In this document: one piece after another, positions 27,341 to 36,621 of the stretch
Numbering within the stretch: position 1 is the first letter of the stretch
How the letters are laid out: every line of letters starts with the position of its first letter
IMG/VR virus record: IMGVR_UViG_3300037156_000148
Coordinates: 5,687-69,686 of that record
From: a virus
Reading direction: 5' to 3' (one strand)
Length of the DNA stretch: 64,000 nucleotides
Position numbers and translations under genes: made by a program
The notes under the pieces: model-generated
What the model saw: only the letters and a program-made list of their open reading frames with translations
Told to the model about the DNA's origin: nothing
Databases searched by the model: none

Positions 27341-27700
27341 TTACTTCTTAGCAGCAGCTTTGATGTCTTTGTACAATTTAAAAGCATCAGCGATAGTAGC
27401 TACCACCTTTGCGCCTATTGCATCCTCAGACACATTCTTGACATCGGATACGATTGCAGATACGGTAGGATTGCCTATCTCTACTGCGATAGCATCAGCT
27501 ACGTCCAGTCCCGCTTCAAATAGCTCCACAGGGCTTAGTTTTGGTGTACCTGACAGTGCAGCCAGTTCAGCTACGAATGCGCCCTCAAATAGCTCCGCAG
27601 GGATATTCTCAGGGATTTGATCGAATACGCCTTTTACGGCTTTGGCTACTGCTTTGAGCAGTGCGGTTTGGTTGTCGGTTAATACTGTTTCGTCAGCCAT
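27341..27700 (-). CDS. Hypothetical Ala-rich protein, end of late operon
   Basis: Clean ORF ending near hairpin TCCTGCG..CGCAGGA. Confidence 0.65.
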   Translation of the reverse strand: MADETVLTDNQTALLKAVAKAVKGVFDQIPENIPAELFEGAFVAELAALSGTPKLSPVELFEAGLDVADAIAVEIGNPTVSAIVSDVKNVSEDAIGAKVVATIADAFKLYKDIKAAAKK

Positions 27701-27824
27701 GTGTTTGTGTTTTTGTTGTGATTAAAATGTGATGTAATGTAACGAGATTAGTTCAAATAAAAAAGCATCCCCAAAATAGGGATGCCTATTTAACTTTTGC
27801 GAGTGTCTTATTACTTCGCAGCTC

Positions 27825-28223
27825 TCATATTTTACTGAGTCGCTTGGAATACCCAGTTAGGTACTTCCTCTCGATCGGCAGTAGTTGGCTATTGTAGCAT
27901 GTATTTTTGGCGATATTAATTTTGCATAAACTTTGCCACGCAGGATGGTCAGGATAGTATCCGTATTGGTAGTTTGCATTTTCTCTTACTGCTATGCAGA
28001 TTGTCGTATTTCCCCTTTCGCTGACCTCATACGGGGCAGTTACTGATACGGTTTGCAGGCAGATTGCCGGGCCGGTTGTGATCTCATTATATATTGTGGC
28101 AGCTTGTGCCTTGTGGATTGCTGTATAGCCAGGCGGTTCGCCAGTGCTAACAGAACCGAAACAGTTTGTGGACGCTAGTGATAGCGCGACTACAAACAAC
28201 AGTCCGAGCAGTGTTCTTTTCAT
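27825..28223 (-). CDS. Secreted hypothetical protein (moron-like)
   Basis: Signal peptide MKRTLLGLLFVVALSLA..; followed by GCATCCC..GGGATGC hairpin. Confidence 0.6.
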   Translation of the reverse strand: MKRTLLGLLFVVALSLASTNCFGSVSTGEPPGYTAIHKAQAATIYNEITTGPAICLQTVSVTAPYEVSERGNTTICIAVRENANYQYGYYPDHPAWQSLCKINIAKNTCYNSQLLPIERKYLTGYSKRLSKI

Positions 28224-28387
28224 TCTTGTTTGATTTTGTGAATTAATAATATAGTTCAAATTTAAAAAAGATTATTTGAACGGCAAAATTATATTTTCTG
28301 CCAATAATAGTAAAATGAGTTTTTTCATGGCTGATAAATTTTAACAAACGGGAAAGTGTGCGTAAAAAAACATGAATTAGGTGTCAT

Positions 28388-28675
28388 CTATTTTATTACA
28401 ATTTTCGGTAACAATTGAAATGCTATTAATTCTTGAATCTTCGCCCGTTCATCCTCAGATAAGTCCATAAAGTCAATAGATACCTGCATCTCTATCTGTT
28501 GTGCCCCGAAATGAAGCCGTCTACAGTGCCTGACTGTCCTTTGCATCCTTCGCTTTAGTACTCCTTGCTTATCCGCTCCATCCCTGTTTTTGAGCCATTC
28601 CAGTATTGCAGGGGATAGGGTTTCACCGAATAGGCTAAGGTCGTCTAAAAGTTTAAAGATTAGGGTGAAGTCCAT
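28388..28675 (-). CDS. Hypothetical protein
   Basis: Operonic ORF. Confidence 0.55.
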   Translation of the reverse strand: MDFTLIFKLLDDLSLFGETLSPAILEWLKNRDGADKQGVLKRRMQRTVRHCRRLHFGAQQIEMQVSIDFMDLSEDERAKIQELIAFQLLPKIVIK

Positions 28676-28891
28676 TATCCAAATTTACAAAAAAAAACGT
28701 AAGCGGCAATGATAGCCCAGATTACGCAGACTGTGTATAGGATGATTTGACGTAGGAAGAGGGTTATTTGCAAAAGGTATCTCATTGGTCTTCTTTATTT
28801 TTCATATCCCGAAATGCTACATATATCCACAGTATCAGGACTACAATGACCGATGCGAATACGGGCGTGCTGATGTGGGAGTTATTGGTCA

Positions 28892-29077
28892 TTATTTTAT
28901 TCTCTTTTTATTCCGCTTTTGAGTGCCATTATTAGGCGGGATAAACTTACTTGTATTGAGATGGGTGACGTAAGCCATTTCACGTATCATTTTTACATGG
29001 TCTAGTACTTCTTTTGAACTTAAATGACCAATAAAACTATTGATAAAATCATCAACTATCTCAACTTTATTTTTCAT
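28892..29077 (-). CDS. Hypothetical protein
   Basis: ATGA overlap with upstream gene. Confidence 0.5.
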   Translation of the reverse strand: MKNKVEIVDDFINSFIGHLSSKEVLDHVKMIREMAYVTHLNTSKFIPPNNGTQKRNKKRIK

Positions 29078-29397
29078 ACTTTTTGTTTTTTATTATTCTC
29101 CAACGCGCCATAAGACTTTTCAAAAATATCAGGCTTGCATGGGTAAAAATCCCGATCGCCTGTGGGGAATGGCTCTTTTATAATCCAGTCGTTTTGAAAG
29201 GCTTTCATGACGCCCTCTTTAGTTTCAATTAGTAAACTAAAAATTGGGGCACCCTTACCCGCTATATATGCCGTTTCACTCTCTAACTCTACGTCTAATT
29301 TCTTACATACAAAAATCTCAATTTCTTTTAGGTTAGAGTTCCCATTCCATTGGATAGCTTCAACCACTACTGTCTTTTTTATAAATTTTTGTATCAT
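29074..29397 (-). CDS. Conserved small phage protein
   Basis: KKTVVVEAIQWNG..IETKEG..DWIIK..FYPCKPDIFEKSY signature. Confidence 0.8.
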   Translation of the reverse strand: MIQKFIKKTVVVEAIQWNGNSNLKEIEIFVCKKLDVELESETAYIAGKGAPIFSLLIETKEGVMKAFQNDWIIKEPFPTGDRDFYPCKPDIFEKSYGALENNKKQKV

Positions 29398-29560
29398 TTT
29401 ATTACAGTTGATTTATGCAAGTGCATGATGCTATTTGATCTTATACATTGTAGCCTGACTTTTGTTTCAAGTACTTCTAACACTATCCAACTTGCGCCAC
29501 TGTTCGGGATGCCTACGATTTCACCCTTGGTTACGTCATTCAATGTGCGGATTGGTTTGG

Positions 29561-30217
29561 TCATGAGGCTAGATTGAAATCGGAGAAGTCAATTAAAGTA
29601 TAGCTGATATTGCCCTGTATCTTCTTTAAGATAGGCATTACATCATTAAGGTATATTTCATCCATAACCTGACAGCCTGCGCTTAGATTATCCACCGTTG
29701 AGCCATTGTCACCCCGCCAAGAATGAAAGTTGATGCCGAACATTCCAGTGACAGACGAGAACTTATCAATAGTACCCCCCTCTGTTTTATCGCGATATAT
29801 TTTACATGGTGAAACTTGCATCAAATATTGATCCCCACTCCACCCACCTGCGGGCCGGTATGACCACATATCTTTATATTGTCCGGGCGCAAGACAAGCA
29901 CACCCGCCGACCTGTGCTACATAGGCATCATTCTTTTGGTAAGATGAACCTGGTTTGGTTGACATGGGGAAAATAAATGTATCACCTGTCCCTGTGAATA
30001 TTGCGCCCCAATCGGTGAACTGATTTGTATAATCATCCGACATTCTGATTCCTACTAAATTGGCAAAGTCATACCCTTTGGCATTGAATACAGATGAAAG
30101 TTTATCGTGAAAGATTTTAAGTGCAGCTTGTGAAGCACTCCCTAAGTCACCATCTACGGTAAGTCCCGCCTTGATAAGCTCATTCAGACCCGCTTGTGTT
30201 GATTCCTGTATTGTCAT
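29561..30217 (-). CDS. Putative endolysin: PG-binding N-terminus + YkuD/L,D-transpeptidase-like His/Cys domain
   Basis: LTVDGDLGSASQAAL; GINFH..SAGCQV; lies downstream of holin-like genes. Confidence 0.7.
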   Translation of the reverse strand: MTIQESTQAGLNELIKAGLTVDGDLGSASQAALKIFHDKLSSVFNAKGYDFANLVGIRMSDDYTNQFTDWGAIFTGTGDTFIFPMSTKPGSSYQKNDAYVAQVGGCACLAPGQYKDMWSYRPAGGWSGDQYLMQVSPCKIYRDKTEGGTIDKFSSVTGMFGINFHSWRGDNGSTVDNLSAGCQVMDEIYLNDVMPILKKIQGNISYTLIDFSDFNLAS

Positions 30218-30260
30218 ATTCCAAATGTAAGCATTATCCCGAATAGACCAAATTTATTTT

Positions 30261-30539
30261 TTAGTCCCCATCGTAGTCCTGCGCATAATTAGGATATAGC
30301 TTTGTATGCAAATTGACTATCAACTTATCCTGCCTGTGCTCACTGGTTTCCAGCTCCGTAGTCCTATGTTCGACCCTTTCCATAAAGTCGCATACCTTTT
30401 GATCGGATTTTGCCCGTTCAATACTTGTAGATAGTTGCGCTGAAAGTAGTCCTATGATGACAGTCAGCAATGTGGCGAATATAACCGTTTCGGCATTCTC
30501 TAAAAACTTTCTCCAAGCTGATTTTACGATAGGTGGCAT
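30261..30539 (-). CDS. Single-TM coiled-coil protein (holin/antiholin-like)
   Basis: TM VIFATLLTVIIGLLSA then coiled coil. Confidence 0.5.
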   Translation of the reverse strand: MPPIVKSAWRKFLENAETVIFATLLTVIIGLLSAQLSTSIERAKSDQKVCDFMERVEHRTTELETSEHRQDKLIVNLHTKLYPNYAQDYDGD

Positions 30540-30841
30540 TATGGTTTTGTTTCCGTTTGTTGATGTGGAGCAATAGAATCAAGGTCCATCGGTACATCAT
30601 TTGTTTTAGCTGTACCTGATGCTTTTTCGATAGTCTTTAAAAATCCTGATGTGGTAGTCAGGACGGTCAGGATATACACCCGCAAATCGTTAGGGATCCA
30701 TCCTGTTGGCATTGGTGCGAGCAATAGACCTATGATAGTGGACATAAAAATAAAGCCGTTAGCAATCGTTTTAAGCTGCTGTGGTGAAGGCTCTGATAAT
30801 TGAGAAACCCCTATTTTTACATTGCCTATTTGTAATGCCAT
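30539..30841 (-). CDS. Putative holin
   Basis: Two hydrophobic helices, in the lysis cassette. Confidence 0.55.
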   Translation of the reverse strand: MALQIGNVKIGVSQLSEPSPQQLKTIANGFIFMSTIIGLLLAPMPTGWIPNDLRVYILTVLTTTSGFLKTIEKASGTAKTNDVPMDLDSIAPHQQTETKP

Positions 30842-30851
30842 GATTCAGTTT

Positions 30852-32804
30852 TTAATACCAAGTTGATGTTCCGCTGTCGTATGTCAATATCTCCACACTG
30901 CCAATTATCGGACTGACTAATCCGCCTAATACTGTACCTCCTCCGTAAGTCACATTACTTACTGCTTGGTCAAATTTTATTTCAACCCTATCATTATCCG
31001 CAGGTGTGGCTGGTAAATTTATAGTGAGTGCTAAAATGGGTGCAGCGGGATTGACTATGTTCATTTGATTGTCAATCGCTGTAATGGTTGCTCCTGTAGT
31101 GGGAGTGAATATCGTATGAGGTAAATTTGGCACTTTCTGCCATGTCAGATTATTACTTGCATCAGCAACAGCTATCTGTCCTAATGTGGGTGAGGTTTTT
31201 GGCAGGTTGTAATAAGCAGGACCGATAAATTCAAATCTGATGTTATTTGTCTTCCAATTTCCTGTGATACCTACTGTTGAATCACTTGATCCACCTAAAT
31301 CTGAACTTAATATTGCAAAACCACTATCAGCAAAACCACATCCTACGACTGTATTACAATTATGAATGGAATCATTAATAAAAACAGCTCCCATTCCGCC
31401 AATGCCATTAGATGCAAATATAGCAGCTTGATCAAATGTATATAGACTTCCTACCACATTCAGCGCACCGTCACTAGCTCCTATCATATTAGGAGGATAT
31501 GATGTCCCTGCATTGCCAGTTAATCCCCATCCACCTGATCCACCTGATGTATTCACATTGCCATCTGGAGTAGCATGAACTCCATCGACGGTGAGAACCC
31601 TCACTCCGCTACCCATTGGAATGGTGTCTTTATAATTGCCTGTAAGGTATTTGGGGTAGTAAGTAGTATAGTCATTGGAATTAGTGTCCACATAAGCTAA
31701 AAAAGCACCATCTACATTTGCGACCATTGCCAATCGAGAGTTAAATACACCGCTAACAAAAGATTGAACACTGACCGCTGACCCTATTAACCCTGCTGTT
31801 GTAGCTCCATTTGCATCTAATATATTTAAACTATGCCTCTCTGCATTGAGTGAAAAAAACTGATAGCCATCCTGAAAAGCTCCGAATGAAAAGTCAGAAG
31901 TATCTTGGTGAAAAAATGATCCTATCCCACTGCCACCATTAAATATAGCCCTTTGCCAATTTACTGAATCTGCATTATTTATGTGAACATAATTGGGAGA
32001 GGACAAGGCTATTTTAGCAAAGGCATTTTGTGCGCCAATTTGGAAATAGCTTTGTCTTGACCGATCCCTGTTAATGCCATATAGTAGTCCCACTGCACTA
32101 TCCCCGAAATCAACCGGCTCTGCATCAAGGGCTAATTGAATTCCGTATGAGGAGTTGCTAAACCCCGCAATACTATCAGCTCCCGGAGCAGATAAATCTG
32201 GTTTATACCACATATTTATCCCCACCTTTTTTCTACCTGTTGAGTCAAATCTATTTTGAATCAAAGTTCCCTCATTCCCTTTCACAAAAAAGAGGTTAGT
32301 CCATCCATTAAAGATCAGCTTACTAGAAGTATCTACCGTTACCGTCCTATTAGTGTTGGCAGGGATCGTGCCGTCTGAGTTGTAGATGTTGGCTGTATGG
32401 ATACGAGCAATGGAATCTAGTTCGTATTTGGTAGCTATGTGACCGCCGAATAATGTGTCTGTGTATGGGATAAGGTCGCCCCAGGCTAAAGTATCTCCGA
32501 AGATCATAGTATTTAGCTTTCTGAATCCACTATCCATATTTGGAGCGAGGATGTATATGCTATTAAGATACCATACTGCTACGATAGAGTTGTTATAGAC
32601 ACTCGATACGGTCAGTTGTGGATACCATTGATTTACATTGTACGATACCCGCAGAGAATTTTTCGGCAAACTCAGCGAATCCGCATGGGTGCTATCTACA
32701 AATAAAACATAATTCCCCGCATCGTAGACGTTATACACATAATGGGGCTGTGCCTTTACTATTGAGCATATACAGACCAAAATTATGATTAGTGATTTTC
32801 TCAT
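30852..32804 (-). CDS. Signal-peptide-bearing tail-fibre/adhesin-like protein
   Basis: MRKSLIIILVCICSIVKA|Q; WGLTGNAGT, GQIAVADASNNLTW, TINLPATPADNDRVEI. Confidence 0.7.
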   Translation of the reverse strand: MRKSLIIILVCICSIVKAQPHYVYNVYDAGNYVLFVDSTHADSLSLPKNSLRVSYNVNQWYPQLTVSSVYNNSIVAVWYLNSIYILAPNMDSGFRKLNTMIFGDTLAWGDLIPYTDTLFGGHIATKYELDSIARIHTANIYNSDGTIPANTNRTVTVDTSSKLIFNGWTNLFFVKGNEGTLIQNRFDSTGRKKVGINMWYKPDLSAPGADSIAGFSNSSYGIQLALDAEPVDFGDSAVGLLYGINRDRSRQSYFQIGAQNAFAKIALSSPNYVHINNADSVNWQRAIFNGGSGIGSFFHQDTSDFSFGAFQDGYQFFSLNAERHSLNILDANGATTAGLIGSAVSVQSFVSGVFNSRLAMVANVDGAFLAYVDTNSNDYTTYYPKYLTGNYKDTIPMGSGVRVLTVDGVHATPDGNVNTSGGSGGWGLTGNAGTSYPPNMIGASDGALNVVGSLYTFDQAAIFASNGIGGMGAVFINDSIHNCNTVVGCGFADSGFAILSSDLGGSSDSTVGITGNWKTNNIRFEFIGPAYYNLPKTSPTLGQIAVADASNNLTWQKVPNLPHTIFTPTTGATITAIDNQMNIVNPAAPILALTINLPATPADNDRVEIKFDQAVSNVTYGGGTVLGGLVSPIIGSVEILTYDSGTSTWY

Positions 32805-33862
32805 TATTGACCTATTACTATGACGTTAAAAATATACTGTGTGGCATCTGCTAAAGCCGTACCGCCTGATGTAAAAGCTATGCCTGTTGTTGCCTCTGCG
32901 GGAGTGATTAGATAAAATGCGGCCGAGGTAGAATTTACATTCCTTGATTGAATAAATGCCAATGGTATTGCTGGATATGACGATGTGAATGCTACCGTTA
33001 AGATGTTGGAAGAAGTACTGCACCCTGTCCCTGTGGTCAGATTTACCCTAAAACCTACTGCATTGCCCGTTATCGTAGCGACTGCCCCTGTACCTGCCCC
33101 TGCGCCAAATGAGGCGGTAGGGTTGATAGCCTGATTACTGAGGATGATGGATGGCTGATATGCGGCGAGTGCGTTCTGTACAAAATTATCATTGGATATT
33201 TTAGTCGTGTTATCTCCAAGTGATTGTGTTGGTGCTGTGGGTGCGCCTGTAAGTGCAGGACTAGCTAAAGGCGCGAGAAGTGCCCTTGCGGTTGTGAGTA
33301 AGGCAGTTGTAACTACCTCTGTCGTATTGGTAGATAAAAGCAATGTAGGGGCGCGTAGCTTTGTAAAATTACCACTATTCGTCCCCTCCAATGTATCTAC
33401 TGTATTGGTAAGCTGTGACTGCGATACGTAATTCAGCAAAGTATCAGACAAGTCAGTATTGTCAGGATAGTTAGCGAGTATGCTTGCTATGTTCGCTGGG
33501 GGTGAAGTGACTGTCCATGCAGTCCCATTATAGGTGCAGGTTACAAATAAATTGACCACTCCGCTACATATCTTTGTGTATTCCTGACTGAGTATAAAAA
33601 TGCTGTGCCCGTTCGGATGGATATTAGTACCGTTGAACCAAATGGTAAACTGTGAGCCGATCAAAGGTGTACCGCTAAAGATGATGGACATATCAGATGA
33701 TAGCGTGAGGGTATCTTTGGTAAGAAATACCTGTGTGGTACTACCCGCATAGATAGTCACCGAACCGCTTTGCAGGTGCAGATTGGCGGTGTTAGGTGTG
33801 CCTACTGCGAATGTGAGTAGTGCGCTTATGCTGAATAATATGCTAAGAATTATTTTTTTCAT
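32804..33862 (-). CDS. Signal-peptide-bearing tail-fibre-like protein
   Basis: Likely start MKKIILSILFSISALLTFA; fibre repeat APLASPALTGAPTAPTQSLGDNTTKIS. Confidence 0.72.
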   Translation of the reverse strand: MKKIILSILFSISALLTFAVGTPNTANLHLQSGSVTIYAGSTTQVFLTKDTLTLSSDMSIIFSGTPLIGSQFTIWFNGTNIHPNGHSIFILSQEYTKICSGVVNLFVTCTYNGTAWTVTSPPANIASILANYPDNTDLSDTLLNYVSQSQLTNTVDTLEGTNSGNFTKLRAPTLLLSTNTTEVVTTALLTTARALLAPLASPALTGAPTAPTQSLGDNTTKISNDNFVQNALAAYQPSIILSNQAINPTASFGAGAGTGAVATITGNAVGFRVNLTTGTGCSTSSNILTVAFTSSYPAIPLAFIQSRNVNSTSAAFYLITPAEATTGIAFTSGGTALADATQYIFNVIVIGQ

Positions 33863-33872
33863 TGTCTTAATT

Positions 33873-34595
33873 TTACCAAGTGGATCTAATTGACCGTCCC
33901 CATCCACTTCCTGATTTGGTGTAGATATAATTTGCGTCCTGTACAATCATTCCTACGCTACCATATGTGTCTGCGCTTCCTGATGGCGTGTGGGTAGGGC
34001 ATATGGGTGTCCATGAGCCTAGTCCATCTGATGCACATGTAAAGGCATATCCCGCCACCTGTGTGCCGTCTACGATTTGAACTTTCCCTGCATTTTTAAA
34101 AACTGAATCACTCGCGGATATTACCTTATATTTATCATTAACGATAATACCTGTGGAATTGAAAGCTCCATCTAAATCTCCCAAAGCACATTGTATATTT
34201 GACGAATCAGCAATTTCAGATACGGCATAAAAGAGTCTATTGCCAATAGAATCAAATGTTTCTACCCCTCTAAAGCTCCTATTTTTACCTACCGATAAAT
34301 ACGTTACCTTATTACTCTTTAAAAGCAATGTCTGATAATCCGTAGTCCCCACAAAGTTCACTGCTGAATTAGTCCCCGCATTGCCGTGTAGCTTCCAAAA
34401 TTGAGCGGTGTCTAATGGTGCTGTCCATATCCCATGACAAAAGCTATCTGATGTCAGATTATACCCGTTATGACAAGTACCGACATGGATATTGACGGGA
34501 CCGTAAAAGTTCATCGTGTCCCGAAAATTCCTTACTCCCTGCGCTTGGTCAGGTATAGAAAAGAACATCGCTAATATAAATATGATATTTCTCAT
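33873..34595 (-). CDS. Signal-peptide-bearing fibre-like protein
   Basis: MRNIIFILAMFFSIPDQA|Q; WKLHGNAGTNSAVNFVGTTD; QIVDGTQVAGYAFTCASDGLGSW; DANYIY..W..W C-terminus. Confidence 0.7.
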   Translation of the reverse strand: MRNIIFILAMFFSIPDQAQGVRNFRDTMNFYGPVNIHVGTCHNGYNLTSDSFCHGIWTAPLDTAQFWKLHGNAGTNSAVNFVGTTDYQTLLLKSNKVTYLSVGKNRSFRGVETFDSIGNRLFYAVSEIADSSNIQCALGDLDGAFNSTGIIVNDKYKVISASDSVFKNAGKVQIVDGTQVAGYAFTCASDGLGSWTPICPTHTPSGSADTYGSVGMIVQDANYIYTKSGSGWGRSIRSTW

Positions 34596-34596
34596 G

Positions 34597-35454
34597 TTAG
34601 TTTGGTATGATTGCTAATGATTGAGTACTTAAAACCGACCCGCCTACCCATGTGAAGGTGCCCGTTGAACTGACATATGTGTACCTTGTCGTAGGGAAGC
34701 AAAGCAAGCCGTCTATGTACACTGAGAACCTTGCATTTGGTATGTTCACCAAAGCAGCATTGACATAGGTCGAAGTATTGTTTCCTGTGCCGTATATAGG
34801 TGTAAATGGTATTGGTGATGTCCACGATAACTGAGTATATCCCGTATTACCATCTGATGTTAATACTTGTCCAACAGTTCCCTGTGTGGGTGGGAGGGAG
34901 TATAGTATGTCTAATAACCCATTGTCATTTACAAATGCGGCGACAACATTAGATACATTAAAATTATATAGTGATAACGCATTAGTCGCAACAGCCCCAT
35001 CACCTAAGCTATCGGTAACATAAAGTGTAGAATAGGTATCGTTCCAACTAAGTCCATGATTAGACGAGAATACGCCCCCTATACTGTATTGAATGTCCCC
35101 GCGTGTACCACTAGCCCTTGGTATCTTTTTAATGGTAGCAATAGTCTTGAATGTATCCGCGAATGTCGGAATGACCGAACCCGTATCAACAAACGGGATA
35201 TAGCTTCTCAAAGAACTTACAGTAGCCAATACCGATGTATCTAATGGTGCCCATGTGATCTTACCGAATGAATCTGACTGTGCAAAGTATCCATTATGCG
35301 CGCCTAGTGACATTATCACGCGCGCCCTGAATGTTGCCGTATCTTTTAAGAACACATTATTTGTAAATACCACAGGTTGCCTCAGTGTATCTACCCATTG
35401 CCCCTTTGCAATAAGTGAACTCAAAAATATCGCTATAAATAGTATCTTTTTCAT
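34597..35454 (-). CDS. Signal-peptide-bearing fibre-like protein
   Basis: MKKILFIAIFLSSLIAKG|Q; GDIQYS, LPPTQGTVGQVLTSDGNTG..LSW. Confidence 0.7.
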   Translation of the reverse strand: MKKILFIAIFLSSLIAKGQWVDTLRQPVVFTNNVFLKDTATFRARVIMSLGAHNGYFAQSDSFGKITWAPLDTSVLATVSSLRSYIPFVDTGSVIPTFADTFKTIATIKKIPRASGTRGDIQYSIGGVFSSNHGLSWNDTYSTLYVTDSLGDGAVATNALSLYNFNVSNVVAAFVNDNGLLDILYSLPPTQGTVGQVLTSDGNTGYTQLSWTSPIPFTPIYGTGNNTSTYVNAALVNIPNARFSVYIDGLLCFPTTRYTYVSSTGTFTWVGGSVLSTQSLAIIPN

Positions 35455-35455
35455 A

Positions 35456-36406
35456 TTAGTTTGGAATTATAAATATTGGTGTTCCGACATTCACAGCCCC
35501 TAATACCCATGTGATAGTGCCCGTTGACGAAACAAATGTCCATTCAGTACCGTAACCCACAGGCATCTTGTCCACCGCTACCCAGAAATTGTTAGGATTT
35601 ATACCTATCAAAGCGTTATTCTGATATGTCGTTGCACCCGTACCTACTGTATAGATAGGGGCAAATGTGCCTGATGAACCAGTGCCGAACATAGCTACCA
35701 ATCCCTCTATCAGACCTACTCCGCTTGTGGTAGTTGCTGCATTGAAGCTCATTTGAAAGTTCACGTCGATAGCGGGATTAAAAGCCAAGTCAAACGCAGG
35801 ATATTCGCTTTCTGTTTCGATTGTACCTCCATTGACCACACCGACCATGGTATCCAAAGATCCCGATATGTAGTATTTGACAATTACCCCTATTGTTACC
35901 GTAGTCGGATTTTTAAGTTGTACCAATATCTCCGCGATATACTCCTGTGTATTTACAGATTGCGCTGATATTCTCGCCTGAATATCATGCGGTATCAATG
36001 ACATAGATATATATCCACCCGTACCGCCGTTAATTGGCGCACCTCCCTGATTTGGTACTATCCCCGCCACAGTGATTTTGATGCTATCACCTGCATTGTT
36101 CAAAGTGAACGCAGGTATGACACGGAATACATAGTTAAAGCCTCCTGTGCCTGTCGTACCGTCCCATGCGTATGGAGGATCAAGGAATGGCACCCATAGC
36201 CCACCGAATCCGCTTGTGCCTGATGGCCCTTGTGCGCCTGTATTGCCTGTCGCTCCCTGACTACCCGCCGCCCCTGTCGGGCCTATTGGCCCCTGTGGGC
36301 CTGTCGGAATAGTAGCACCATCACCCAATTCTATTAGAGTGATGCAAGTCGCATTTATCGGGCTTATTTGCCCCCTGTTGCAGTTGTTATCCCATTGTCT
36401 TCTCAT
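35456..36406 (-). CDS. Collagen-like tail fibre protein
   Basis: About 10 Gly-X-Y triplets GPQGPIGPTGAAGSQGATGNTGAQGPSGTSG. Confidence 0.75.
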   Translation of the reverse strand: MRRQWDNNCNRGQISPINATCITLIELGDGATIPTGPQGPIGPTGAAGSQGATGNTGAQGPSGTSGFGGLWVPFLDPPYAWDGTTGTGGFNYVFRVIPAFTLNNAGDSIKITVAGIVPNQGGAPINGGTGGYISMSLIPHDIQARISAQSVNTQEYIAEILVQLKNPTTVTIGVIVKYYISGSLDTMVGVVNGGTIETESEYPAFDLAFNPAIDVNFQMSFNAATTTSGVGLIEGLVAMFGTGSSGTFAPIYTVGTGATTYQNNALIGINPNNFWVAVDKMPVGYGTEWTFVSSTGTITWVLGAVNVGTPIFIIPN

Positions 36407-36621
36407 TAGCAGTCACAGTATTTGGTTATTAAACAATCCAAATCGCAATCCGTTCTACATGACCTGACTTGCGCGAGTTCATAAAGGAGTTCTAAGCTTA
36501 TCAGCTTATCTTCCAAGTGATACGTAGGCTTACCCAAGCACTTAAAGTTCTTGATAGTGCAAAAGGTTTTACCCAAACACCTCTGTATGGTTTCACATTG
36601 ACTATCCATTGTGCCTATCAT
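36406..36621 (-). CDS. Small Cys-rich tail-associated protein
   Basis: 71 aa with 9 Cys, translationally coupled to the next gene. Confidence 0.55.
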   Translation of the reverse strand: MIGTMDSQCETIQRCLGKTFCTIKNFKCLGKPTYHLEDKLISLELLYELAQVRSCRTDCDLDCLITKYCDC

